From assembly GCF_964355755.1 (NCBI RefSeq), contig NC_092674.1:17794001-17858000 (forward strand): a stretch of 64,000 bases of DNA. The letters are read 5' to 3'. The notes under the pieces were generated by a model. That model was not told the DNA's origin, searched no databases, and saw only the letters and a list, made by a program, of their open reading frames with translations. Both the position numbers and the translations under genes were made by a program. Below are positions 51,735 to 64,000 of this stretch, in pieces (within the stretch, counting starts at the first letter, position 1; each line of letters begins with the position of its first letter). Source of the DNA: Antedon mediterranea (Eukaryota; Animalia; Echinodermata).

Positions 51735-53345
51735 TTGGTTATCCGCAACGAAGTTGCAGGATAACCTCTTGTGATTGTACGAAATCATCATCATCATCAT
51801 CATCATCATCAACTTTTTATTCTTCTTCTTTCTTTCTGTATGATTTTTGTGTAACGCTTTTCTCTGAAACTTGCAAACATAACATTTTGTTAACTATGTT
51901 AACATTTTGACATTTATGTAACGTCGTCAAGCGAAGCTTTTCATGATATTTACAATTGCGCAACGTGACGTACGCGCGATTTAACGATTTTCTCGTATTT
52001 AACATATGTCGAAAACCAAATAACATTTCAACTTGAAACTTTGCAAAAGTTTAATTTATATCATGCGCTAACTTTCTGTTGAAAAAAAATTGCGTGTTTT
52101 ACACAAAGTTACGCGCGCACGCGCATTTAAAATTTTAAAATGCGCGAAATTAATTTATAATCAACTTTCTACGCGTTTCATGTCGTTTTAAGCATGTCAA
52201 AAATTCCCACGCGTGCGCACATTTTTACGTGTGCGGTGCGCACGTAGCATTGAAAACGTATTTTTTTCGCGTGATTTATGTTTTTCCAGCCTTTTCATGT
52301 AATTTTACCAAATTTTTAACAATTTCGACTTAAAGATACGTCATACGAGCACGTCGAATTGGACAATTTGCGCGCGTTTTTTATGAAAAGGTTAAACAAT
52401 TCGTTTAAAATATGCCTTTTTTTAAACAGTCGTAATTTCTAAACTAGACGGTCAACTTTTTGTGGATGGCATATTCTGGAAGTAGATGAGTTGTAGATAT
52501 CGGATCAGGTATTAATATGGCTAACCGGACATTGTGACGTCATCGTATGGCCACGCGAATATAAAATTTAGGATTTTTGTATCTTTCGTCATAGCTCATC
52601 ACATTGAATAGAGCGCATCTCCACTTATCCGTTTTCCATTTTCACCCCGATTTTGATATTGTCTAGGTCAATCAACTATCTTTCGCATGAGTGAAAAATA
52701 TTTTAATTTTTATGACGTCATCATGCCTAAAAATTGAAATCACGTGTGGCATCAATTTCATCTTTACAGTAAATTTTAATCTGTTATAGCTCGTAAGAAT
52801 AAAATGTGATAATCACGATTAAAACTTTTTCTGGAAGCTATTGGATTGTAGATACGAAATTATGTTAAAATGTTGCCAATCGGATGTTGTGACGTCATCA
52901 TATGGCCAGTTAAATAAAAAAGGTCGTATTTTCATCTTTTGCGTCATAATTCATTACATTTAAAAGAGCGCGCATCAATATTTCACGTATTCAAATTTCT
53001 TCTACACGCTAATACGTTGTTGCTGAGATAATTTCCTTTCGGAATTGCTACCTTTGCGTTTCATTTTAAAACCGTCAACATGTTAAAAATTGCAATAAAT
53101 AGCGGGTCCCGTAATTTCACCTATTCTACACTGTATGTGATATGGATACAGATTATACTGTGTATACTATATATGAATTTAAACAATAAAATTCAGCAAT
53201 AACAACATATCATATTCTTCAGTTCAGGTCATAATGCCAACGTGAACACTTCCTTTTGTCCTCAACCTATCCCCTTAATGTTAATGTTGCACCACTTGCG
53301 CGGCGGATAACCAAACTCGTCAAAGTGACGAGTTACATGTCTAGT
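51735..53345 (+). mobile_element. Complete solitary HINE (same family as 8728-18790)
   Basis: TTGGTTATCCGC head, (ATC)n, body, GCGGATAACC plus AACTCGTCA-AAG-TGACGAGTT hairpin plus CTAGT; inserted in a T-rich site with no TSD. Confidence 0.85.
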
Positions 53346-53638
53346 TTATTTTCTTTTTCTGTGTTGTTTTTATCTAATCTTTGTTTAGGCATGTCTGTCA
53401 CAAGCTTTTTGCTTTTTTGATCATGCCTTCTTCAATCATATTACCTTTCTTTACACCATTTTGTTGACTGTTTTATTTTGAAGAAAATAAATGTTACTTT
53501 GAATGAATGAATGAAAGTTTTCGAATAAATTGAATATAAAATTACGTTTTTTTTTGTAATTTATTTATATATTATATCAACATTGTCAATATCAATAAAA
53601 TACGGATTGTTAAACACCTTTAAAAACGTGTTAAATAC

Positions 53639-55561
53639 AGAGATTTTTCAGTTTTAAATGAATGTCTATGTTGTCCTGATCAATTAAAACAAATCAACCC
53701 TCCGTCATTCACCGCCTTCATATGCAAATGAGCATAAATATGCAAATTAGCTATAAAACCCATATTTCACGATATCTCCTAAACTAATAATCCCTTTAAA
53801 ATATTACAATTTTTTTAGGCAAACCCTATGTTTTCATACCCAATGAACACATTGAAAGCATTTTCAGTGACCAAGTACCGTGTTTAAGTCACACTTGAGT
53901 GATTTTGTCCAAAAATCACTTTTTTTTTAAAATTTAGCTTCTAGATAATTTACTTTTTATTGTTTTTATGAACCACGAATATTATTAGCAGATCACTAAT
54001 GACCTTGTGTATGTGATTTTATTTGTAAATTGCATCATACTGACTGAAATGTATGTGATACAGATATACCGTAAAACTTTGAAACGAAGCCTATCTTTGA
54101 AATCAAGCCCACTGGCCTATTTAATTTAATATTTCATACGCATCTAACAGCGAGTAACTCACCAAAATACAAGATAAAGTATTTTATAATTTATTGTGCT
54201 TATAAATCGTGCTTAAGTCTCATTTGAGGCTTAGGGAGTGGATTTGAAAGAGTTATGAGTTACAACCCTGGACCTTTGGATTGGTAGGCAAGCATGTTCC
54301 CCACCAAGCTACATCTCCACTCCAATGGAGTTTTCAAGATAGTATGGGCTTCTTTTTCGAGATAGACTGTTTGAATCAAAGAAACAAGGGAATTTAGTGC
54401 CAGATAAACTTGTGATGCAGATATAATGGATGATCGAGTTTATATTCATACCCATTCATTTATTTTACATTTTAAAATGGTATTTTAAATGGTATTTTTT
54501 TTAAAACAGACATAAAAACATATCAATGTTTCCATTTAGTTTATTGCCAAAGGATATGGTATCACATTACTGACTTTTTAACTTCTGGAATGTCTCACAG
54601 ACATGAAACATTTTAGGACTTTTTATGCCTGTCTGAATGGTCAATAAATCATAATAACCCTCCCACCTAATTGTAGTGAACCCTTCTGTCACCCCTACCA
54701 ATTATGAATCTTTATTTGTGTACAGTAATTGATCATGTACATCTTCTGAACAATTAATTGTGGTATGATGCCATGTGTCATGTCTTTTGTACTACACTTT
54801 TCCTTTAGCTCGACGTCTTGATTTGTGTTTATTTTGGTTCCTTCATCTGAATTCATCAAAGGCATATAAAGATTGATGATGTTTTTATTTTTCTGTAATT
54901 ATTTGTTAGAAATCATGGTAGGTAGCAGATTTTGAACAGTGTTATAGGGTATAGATTTCCCAAGAGCATTTTTTGGTAATTTCCACAAATAATTAATCAT
55001 TCAATGATTAAAAGGCAATTTTGAAATAGAAATGATCGCTAAATAAGTACTGAAAGTTAACAAAAACGAATAAAAGAGGAAAATAAACATTTGTCCCGCC
55101 GGACACCAAACATGTATTTTGAAACTATGTTTTGGGGATAAGAAATAAGAAATTATAAAGATGCGATGTGATGGTTATTGACACAAATTATTTCATGCTC
55201 TTTCGTTAGTATCGCAAGATTATGATGGTTAAAATTTTATTTCCGTATCAGAAGATTCTGTCATTCTTTTCTGTGATGCAACACATGTCTTAAATCGACA
55301 GGCTAGGAAAAGGCAAATTATTGTTTTAAACTATAACTGTATAAAATTACAGCTCCTAACATGGTTAGAATTATAATGGGATACCATATCTTTTGGAAAT
55401 AACCTTATTGGAAATATAACTTCACTAATTTTGGATAAAAATCACTCAAGTGTGCGTTTTCACCTGTTATACACGGTATTTGATCATTGAAATTGCTTTC
55501 AGTGTATTTATTGGGTATGAAAACATAGGGTTATATACATTCATTTAAAACCAAAAAACCT
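53639..55561. mobile_element. Unclassified TIR element remnant
   Basis: Inverted matches 53650-53670/55533-55552 and 53822-53915/55427-55531. Confidence 0.5.
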
Positions 55562-55697
55562 TTGCCTACAATTTTGTCCTAGTTCACCATATTTTTTAGC
55601 TAGATTATGTAGCCTAATTGTACCTGCCATAATAGCTTTTGTATGGTATAAAAGAGCATGGAAAAAAACAAATAATGGTTACATTTTTATTTCCTAG

Positions 55698-55790
55698 ATG
55701 CTTTAGGTCGTGTCTTGGCAAATCAAGTTTTAGCAAAAAATCCAGTACCACCTTTTCCTGCATCAATAAAAGATGGCTATGCAGTTCTCG
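55698..55790 (+). CDS. GPHN: Gephyrin exon (E/MoeA domain)
   Basis: cctag|AT...CTCG|gtaag; [31 protein letters not shown], the MoeA signature GRVLA...PPFxxSxxDGYAV; phases consistent with neighbouring exon. Confidence 0.96.
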
Positions 55791-55909
55791 GTAAGAAAAC
55801 TCATTTACATTTGCTGCTCCATTTCTTTTTAACCAACTTCCTAAACATGTTAAATGTGCAACTTTACTGAGCTCCTTTATATCAAAGCTTAAGACTTTCA
55901 TCATCAGCT

Positions 55910-57111
55910 AGAGTTTGTCCACCAACTCTATATTTTGGATGATGTTGGATGAATAATGGTGTTAAATTTAACTAAATAAACTTCACTGAAATCTTTTACT
56001 TTTTTGGTTTATATTCTCGCAACGTTTGTCTATCCTTCTAACTTTTAGACATAGGGTCTTAATTTTCAACTTGAAATGTAAATTTCAATTTTAACTTATC
56101 AGCATTTTTTTTATTTTGAACCATCTGTCTGAGCATTTGGCCATAAAACAGTTGAATTAGAAAAGTCATATTGTGGAGATAATGCATCAGCGGCAGCATT
56201 GCTTTTACCGGGGCGATAATGAATAGAAAAATTAAATTGGCTAAGGTCGGCTACACAGCATTGGCCAAAATAGCATCCAATTTGGCTGAGCTTAACACAT
56301 ACACTAAAGGATTATGTCTGTAAAAACTTTAAAATTTGTCCCCAGCAAGTAGTCGCGAAATTTTGATGTGACTGCCCACTTTAATAAAGTAAAAAATTCT
56401 AGCTTTATGTGCAGTATAGCGAGTTTCTGGTCTAAGTCCTCGGCTAGCGTAAGCAAGGACGTGTTGTACCCCGTCATGCATTTGAAACAACACTGCTCCC
56501 AACCCTGTTCCCGATGCATCCGTTTCTAGGATAAATGGTTGCGAATAATCTGGATAGTCAAGTATCGGAGCAGTAGTTAAACGGCTCTTTAGTAAGAATC
56601 AGAAGTCCAATTAAATAAAGTAGGCGATTTACGGGCATAACGTTTATGTTTCTTTGTGTTACAATCCCCTGATGTGAGTGAATATAAGAGTGCTGCTAAT
56701 GAAGAAAAGCATCCTTTTTATTCACAATAACCATGGGTAAAGCATACGGACTGTCGCTAGGTGTAATAACATTTTATCGATTTCATCAAGAACCGCAGAG
56801 TATGCGTCGAAATGGTGATCGGAAGGGTTGATTTTCAATTAATGGAATATGGTGTTTAACAGATTTAGTATGCCTAAAGTCTTTATCGGAAGTTGAAAAA
56901 ACATCGGCATATTGTTCCAAAAGGTTTTTAAGTGCAGAGTGTTGTTCATTTGACGTATCAAAATTTGTTAAAACAATATTCGGTGCTTGGCTTATAACTT
57001 GACTAAATTATTAACACAGGCAATCTGTGTTAAATTTGCAATTGGTGTGTTTGGTTTAATAAAAATATGGTAATCGGAAACATTTAAAATTCGAACAGTT
57101 ACCTTGTTTCC
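55910..57111 (-). mobile_element. Degenerate Gypsy pol fragment
   Basis: [46 protein letters not shown]. Confidence 0.85.
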
Positions 57112-58665
57112 TTAAAAAATATGTGAAATAAAGCCACGAGTGATAGAAACACCAGAAATAAGCTCATCTGACACCCGCGAAATCAGAAGATCCAACGTAT
57201 GACCATCACGATGCGTTACTTCGTGGACATGTTGACATAGTCCACAAGAGTCCAGCAGATCCAGAAACCGCTTAGCATCAGTATCCGATGCATCATCGAC
57301 ATGGAAATTGAAGTCTCCAGCGATCAGTAGTCGACTAGGAACAATGGTGAATGTCTCAAGCAGCTCTGAGAATTCAGCTAAGAACATGTTTACTGTCAAC
57401 TTATTCTCGGTCGATGGTGGAGGGCGATACACCGTGATAAGTCTGAGCGAAGATGATCCAGAGGAGACAGAAGTATCCATGTATTCAAGTATTCAAATGA
57501 TCGGAAACTTTGTCTATCATTGAGTCTAACAACTTTGAATCCTCGATGTATTACCAAACAGAGTCCACCACCCCGACGATTTTCTCGAGAAATATGATAA
57601 ACATCAAAATGTGGCAGAGAATTTGTGATGTCGGCAGCTAGTATTTCGTCGCACTGATCACCCTTCGCCCATGATTCAATAATCGCTAAAGCCTGTAACT
57701 GCTCATCTACAATTAGGTCAACGATAGATGTTACTTTCTTCTTCATAGAACGGGAATTCCAGATGGCAATGGATCCTTTTATTGACGAAGTTGTGTTTGG
57801 ACGAGCTCTACCAGCTCCAGGAGGAGCGACAGGTAACTCTACAAGATAGCGTTCATCGGCAGGTGGCCTTTGCAACACTTTACTTTCTGATTTATGTCCA
57901 TCATTGGGCGTGATAACTACACTGATGCGGCGTTTCTTGGCTTTACCTGCGCGGCAACCACAACATGTTTTCCTAGCAATACCGTTATCGTTCAGAGTAG
58001 TCCAGATCGATGAATCAAGTGGTTTATCGATATTTTGTTTATCACACTTCTGTCGCAAATCAATCAGGATTTCCTCACTGTAGGATTCGTGGAGGCAAAT
58101 AATAAATAAACGAAGTACTGTTACCAAGTCAATGCCCTATGTGAAAAACTTTGGTGTCAAATTCAAATAGCATAGCGATATAGTTAATAAAACAGTCTTA
58201 GACGAAGATACAGCAATTCAAATGTCAAAAATTGTAAATAAAACAATGCACAAAGGTACTCACAATAGCTCAATGATATTAAAATACGAAAAGATTAAAC
58301 ACACAAATGTCCAATCCGTTGAGACCCCTCAGAGCCACTCCCGACACGCAGCCTGCCGATTTTTAGATGGCACAATCTTATATTATTGCAACACCTCCGG
58401 CGAAAGGTCTTCGCCAAAGACTGGCTGTAGTACCTGCATCGAATAGCATAGCGATACACGACAAAATGGCAATAGCAGAAATGTTCATAAAACAGTTTTA
58501 GACGAAAATATAGCGATTCAAATGTCAAATATTGTTCATAAAGTGATACACAAAAGTACTCACAGTAACTCAATAATATTAAAATACGAAGAAAAAACAC
58601 ATATATGTCCAAATTGATAAGATTTTCCAGAGCTACTCTGACATGCAGCCTGCCGATTTGGAGGC
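57112..58665 (-). mobile_element. L2/CR1-group LINE 5' part (APE endonuclease) with duplicated ~290-bp leader
   Basis: IWNSRSM..AIIESW, RRGGGL, VYRPP, IAGDFNFH, TH.DGHTLDLLISR; 58160-58365 resembles 58440-58662. Confidence 0.85.
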
Positions 58666-58669
58666 CGCT

Positions 58670-61600
58670 ATCTGTTTGGTAGTAGCCTTTCCTGTGTCGA
58701 AGTTTTCTTTTGATGATTCTGTTTTGTCATCCATCTCAAACGGGTTGCAGGAATCTTCTATGACTTTTTTCAAGTCAACAATGTCACGTTCAATTCTTTC
58801 AGGTCTTAGTTAAACATCATTCTTGTCGATCAATCCCGCCATCTCATGAACTAGGCTTGTAAACGAAGCACGAGTAGACTTTGTGATCATCCATCGCAGG
58901 CAAGCCGAGTAACTGTTGGTAGCGGATGTCATCCCAGTGAGCCGAGACGCAGCATCAGTATTTACTGTCTGCTCCAAAGTTAGATCCACAGGTACACGAC
59001 TAAAGGCATGCTCAGTTCTGCGTACTGTGAATGCTCCTTCCTCAAGAACTTTTTTAAGTCCAGAGTGCGATTCTTCTAGATTCATCAGGTCAAGTTGGAA
59101 GTTTGTCATCCAACTGGAGTAATTTAAATAGTTTGTCGCAAAGAAAAGGCCTATGACAGAGGTCAATGTGTATATATATAACCCAATATCATTGGTCCTA
59201 GTAGCCTTTTCTAAGTAGTGATACAAATGGATGTAATCAACATACATCATCCAGAATTGAGCTGTTTGTTTTGTCTGTGTACTTGGTATAGGCAGCAGCA
59301 GCGGTGATCAAGACATCTGATTCCCCCAAAGATTCGAGTGCAGTTTCTCCATTGTCCACACTTTCGATGATTTCTTTGATCTTGACTTTGCCATCATATG
59401 CCTTCGTGAATTTCTGGAAATGGAGGATTTCAAAGGCAAGAGCTAATATTGGGTGGAGCCGTTTGCAACAGTTAAAATGCTTGCCAGATAGAAAGCCATT
59501 CAATGAACCTGTGGCAAGAACATCTGTGCCTGTTCAAGCCCGTAGCCAGGGGGTTCGTAGGGTTCGAACGAACCCCCCCTTTTCCTGAAGTGCCCTTTCA
59601 AACCAGACTAGCCTATCTAGCCCATATGATGATTTGTTTGCCTTTTCTGTAGTATAGCCAGCAGCAGGCAAATGTTACTTCTTATTACTAAATAGCAAGA
59701 TCGTATCATAAAATAGCTTGTAATCCTGCCATTTCCAGTGTATTTTCAATTTTCTAATTTATTTTACAAAGAAAATTCGTGATTTTACATCATTTGCCGT
59801 CTCTGACTATAGTAGCCCCGCAGAAAAAGCTAGTTCATTTTAGTTGCACTGCACATGTGTTGCTTTCGTAGGGGGAACGTTCGCCATGCGTGGTGTGTAG
59901 AGTGGTATGGTTATTCTAGGCCTGTTTACATAGGGAGTTCTAATTAACAACTCCTTGCTCCTTCTTGCATAGGTCTCCTCTTTGTGACCATCACTCTTTT
60001 TACACAATAAAAGGGAATTTCCGAAAGCGATCAGTCCATTGCCTGCGCGAACCAGCAATTAGCGTCGCCAAAGGGGATTCCCCATTCACCTGCCTGCTTT
60101 TCTCTTCAAGGGCCAATTTACTTCCATTACCTCACAGTGTATCCAACAAATGCGGTGTCACAGAAACACCTCAAGAGCAAGCAGAACAAGTACCAACCAA
60201 ATGGTTTCTTTTATTAAACAAAGCAATTTTTATGTAAAAAATATAGTTAATAAAAACAAAATTTAATAGTAGGCCTAAATAATGTGTAATAATTGGATAG
60301 AGATTCTTCACTTCTGTCTTTGATGATTCGTTTCCCCGAAAAAGGTCAACCATGGAGGTAAACTCCATGGGTCAACCATTTTGGTTACTAAAATACAGTG
60401 GAAAAACATGTGCTGTCATCCTTCCAGCTGCTGCTCTATCTTCTAGAGCCATCATCGCGTGTGTGACAGCCCTTTGTAAACACAGCCAATTGACAATCAA
60501 ATAACCTTTTAAGGCACAATATTAACTTTAAAATGATACTTTGTAACTTATTATCATTATTTTGTTGACTATTGCTTGTTAGATTTGTATTAGTGAAATA
60601 CAAGTAAATAACTCCACATTTTCTGTCCGATTTTTTAGGCCAAGAATTAGACCATGGCCTTATTTCTTGTTTTGTACGACTGTAGTACGTTTTGTACGAC
60701 TGTTGGACTGTATCCTTATTTCCTCGAAAACACAAGGGGAGCAATTTAGTGCTCTTCTGCCTTTTCCTTATGTGATGGACTGAAACATGCAAGCTTGTGT
60801 AGGGCACAGCATGTCGGACAGCAACAGTTGGCTTTGGTGCGGTGTACAGTAGTATCAGGCATATTTTCTACCAAACATAGCCTGATATTCTCTAAGTATA
60901 ACACTAATTTCCAAGCATATAGCGCTCTATCTTTTCCAATTTTTCTTACCTCAGCCGCAACCACGGTGGAGCCAAGGTCCTGGGCCAGGAAACTCTTAGG
61001 GGATGGGGGTGCTCTTGTGGCTGGTGACCAGCAGCATTGGTGTTTTGATATACGTTTGATATTAAATCTTATAAGGCAGTCAATGGGTGGGGGAGGTTAC
61101 ACCGGAGGGTAATTCCCATAAGGGGAGAAGTGCCTTTTTTGGGGAAAAAAGAACCCCCCTGTAAAAATCCTGGCTACGGGCTTGCTGTTAGCATGTCAGG
61201 TCCTCCAAAATCTGAGATTATCTTTTCAACTGCCTTGAAAAAAGCCATCTCAATTTGAAATGTGCCAAGCATAACAAAAAGTTATCAAATCTGGGCTTTT
61301 CTGTGGCCTGAATTTGCATTGCAGGTTTCGCTGCGTTTAAATCATACGAAACAATGGAAAATTGTTGTTGACACTCCTTTGCACATCTTTGGGCTGTGAT
61401 GAGGGTTTCTTGGATTACGTGATGGTAATTGGCTGGAGTAAGTTCGGCATGTATCGGACCTCTTGCTTTGGCAAATTGTCTTGGTATCTACTGGCATTAA
61501 ATCCAACCCACATTAGAATATTACTCAAAGCATGGGACATCATCCAGACCAGATCCAAGTTTTTTGCTGGTCCACTGACATCTGTAAGATCGAACACATT

Positions 61601-62790
61601 TGTGCATCTGTAGCTGAAAACAGTCATTTTTTTTTTCCGATAAGGAGTCGGGAGTAAATCTTTTTCTCTTGTACTTCCTGCATTTTGGTACTATATAAGG
61701 CAATTCTACATTTGCTTCAACAGGTTGGGTCCTTTCAGATGCCTTAGGTATGTTCTGATACATAATGCCCATTGTGTAATGTAGCGTTTCTTCTCCTGAT
61801 AAAGTGTTGGTCATCTCATCAAAATTGTGAAATGCAAGACCCATAGGTTGGTACTTAATTGTACCTTCTGGACATGCAAGCTCTCTCTCTTGCAGTTTTT
61901 CAGCGGTTTCGGTTTCTAATTCCTATAGGCAGTTGTAGTTAATACAAAGACCAAACCAATTCAACACCACCACAATTTTGTTGCTACCTGTGACAGATTT
62001 AATGACTCCCATTGGTACATGCTTTGCAGGTTTGACCTTACCCTTTCTTGTAATGAACAACGCATCATCACACAATGACCTAACCCGGCGCATAGTTTGC
62101 TGTGTACAATTCTTATGATTTTGTCCAGAGTATAACATGGTGAAGAATGTAGAAAGCAAAGATGGGGGTTGTGCATCTCCTTCTTTTAGATCATCCAAAG
62201 TAGGTCTTTCAGGCAAATCCTTCTTTGGAACATTGAGTACATTCTTTCTGAGTAGGAGTGCTGCTCTGGTTACAATACGTTTATCATCAGAGGCATAGTC
62301 ATAAGCAATGCTTACTGCATCATCGACTATTTCAAAATTGTACATGATCAATCCTAATTTTTTGGAATTTAAGCTTGACCCCAAAGGTTTTTGACAAATT
62401 TCGCATTAGGCTTTGTGCACTACTGGGCGGTGTTTCTGAGGAAATTCCACACAAGTCCAAATACCTAGTATATACAGATGTAAGAAGTTCAGGCCTTTTA
62501 TTGCCTATGACTGACTGTTCAACATATGCGTGAATGTCAAGAATTACGGATGAATTGGTCTTGTTAGAAATCTCAATTCTTTCCTTGGCACGATCTTTTA
62601 CTCTTGCGGCAGGCATCAGGTACGCACTTTTGCACGAATGATGATATTTTACTTCTTTTGCAACAAAATCAATACCACTGATTTTTTTCAAAATATTTGT
62701 ATCATTTAACATCAAAGCTGCTTCCTGAATGCTTTGGCTAGCTTCGATTGTTACGCAAGCACCAGCAACCTCATGTGAACCTTTTCAAAC
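58670..62790 (-). pseudogene. Degenerate Academ-like transposase
   Basis: DFVAKEVKYHHSC, NFDEMTNTLSG..TLH.TMGI.YQ, YDL..AK.A.QI, LG.F.I, SGKHFN.C.RLH, FFATN..NY..W, FSRVPVDLTLEQTVN. Confidence 0.7.
59535..61184. mobile_element. hAT-like non-autonomous element with 5-bp TSD
   Basis: 16-bp TIR CAAGCCCGTAGCCAGG/CCTGGCTACGGGCTTG; TSD CTGTT; removal restores PDMLT-GTDVLATGS in the host transposase. Confidence 0.8.
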
Positions 62791-62912
62791 AGTTTTGTGA
62801 AAATATTCCCGATGTGGGTGGTTCTTTTATTTATTTATTTTTTTTTTTTGGTTCATCAAAACCAACAGCAACGAAAGTTGCCACTTAAAGGTATGAAACA
62901 GAAAACAGATAC

Positions 62913-63103
62913 AACTAGAGGGTACTCCGAGAGTACAAACCTCCGCCTACTGTAAAATTCTCCTACATAAAATGTCGCCGGAAAATAAATATATATCTAT
63001 TTTTTTTTTTTAATTGGGTCTAAGTGTAAATAGGCTAACTGCACACACACGCAAACACAAACATACATGGGTGAAAATATAACCTCCTTGGCGGAGGTAA
63101 TAA
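62913..63103 (-). mobile_element. Short complete HINE (ACCTCCGCC family); 3' part also at 32864-32960
   Basis: TTATTACCTCCGCCAAGGAGGT head, (GT)-rich tract, GGCGGAGGT subTIR, GTACTCTCGGAGTAC hairpin, CTAGTT end. Confidence 0.75.
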
Positions 63104-63129
63104 ATACTCTATATATGAAGCAAACTTAA

Positions 63130-64000
63130 ATAAATAAAGAAAATAGTAAAAATTAGTCTATTGAGCACGATTATTTAAAAAAAGAATACAATGAGTCTTG
63201 AATGAAGAATAACTATTGAGAAAAATATCAACATTTACATTAGATTCACTTAAATAGTTATACAAAGAAGGCAAACGTGTCTGAAACCCCTTTACAAGAC
63301 ATTTACTCTATTAAACGGAACATAAAAAGTGGACTTGACTCTAGTTTTACGAGAAGGAGCATGTAAACTAAAAAGAGACTAACAGTCACAACTAAACAAA
63401 CAATTTACACTCTTATAAAAAAACATTAAATCAGACACACTTCTTCTAAACTTAAGAGGTTCAAGACAATTGACAACATCAAAACGTTTACAAAGAAACC
63501 TAACAAACTTATTTTGAACACTTTGGAGCTTTGTAGCATGATTATCAGAAATTGAATTAAAAATAACAGAGAATAATTCTAAATTAGGTCTAACAAGCGT
63601 TTTAAACAAATTAACAAGGGGTTAAGGGTAGCTAATTTCCCTACAGTGCCTCCAAATGAAGCCAACCATTCTATTACTCTTACTAACAATGTGGTCAATA
63701 TGTTTGGAAAATAAAAGTTTGGAATCGAAGAATATTCCCAGATCCTTATGGTATTGGACTTTGTCCAAGTTCTGATTATTAATTTGATAAATGGGTTTTG
63801 ATTTAAGTCATTGACTTACATTTGGAGGCATTGAGTTTCATACCCCAAGAATTAGATCACTGCAATAGATGAGACCATCCAAATCCTCATGAAGTAATAC
63901 TGCATCGTCGTTAGAAGAAATAATACGATATAATTTGATATCATCCGCAAATAAAAGAAACTTGGAAAATTTAGGAATTGTGGTAAAAAATGTTAAATAA
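63130..64000 (-). mobile_element. CR1-group LINE RT/3' fragment
   Basis: FLLFADDIKLY, KDLGIFFDSKL.F..HI, FKTLVRPNLE. Confidence 0.8.

Overview
AT-rich eukaryotic DNA, most likely a marine invertebrate (inferred from the TE families and intron structure). The window lies inside a gephyrin (GPHN; Moco biosynthesis/scaffold) gene on the + strand. Four exons were found, which the ORF track largely misses: 6000-6066, 27293-27410, 46836-46964 and 55698-55790. Their very long introns are filled with transposons: three Penelope-like retroelements with hammerhead ribozymes, nested non-autonomous Helentrons, two Academ-like elements (one carrying a tRNA-Ala gene), a MULE next to a BEN-domain ORF, Kolobok-type and hAT-like elements, SINEs and LINE fragments. 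There is also a near-complete Ty3/Gypsy LTR element (34945-44565, - strand). That element is the most notable object: its RT has an HHDD motif, its primer site matches tRNA-Ala, and in the env position it carries a non-env accessory gene with a C-terminal RING-like finger behind its own CCAAT/TATA/CAGT promoter. All family assignments come from motif recognition by eye; no database searches were run.
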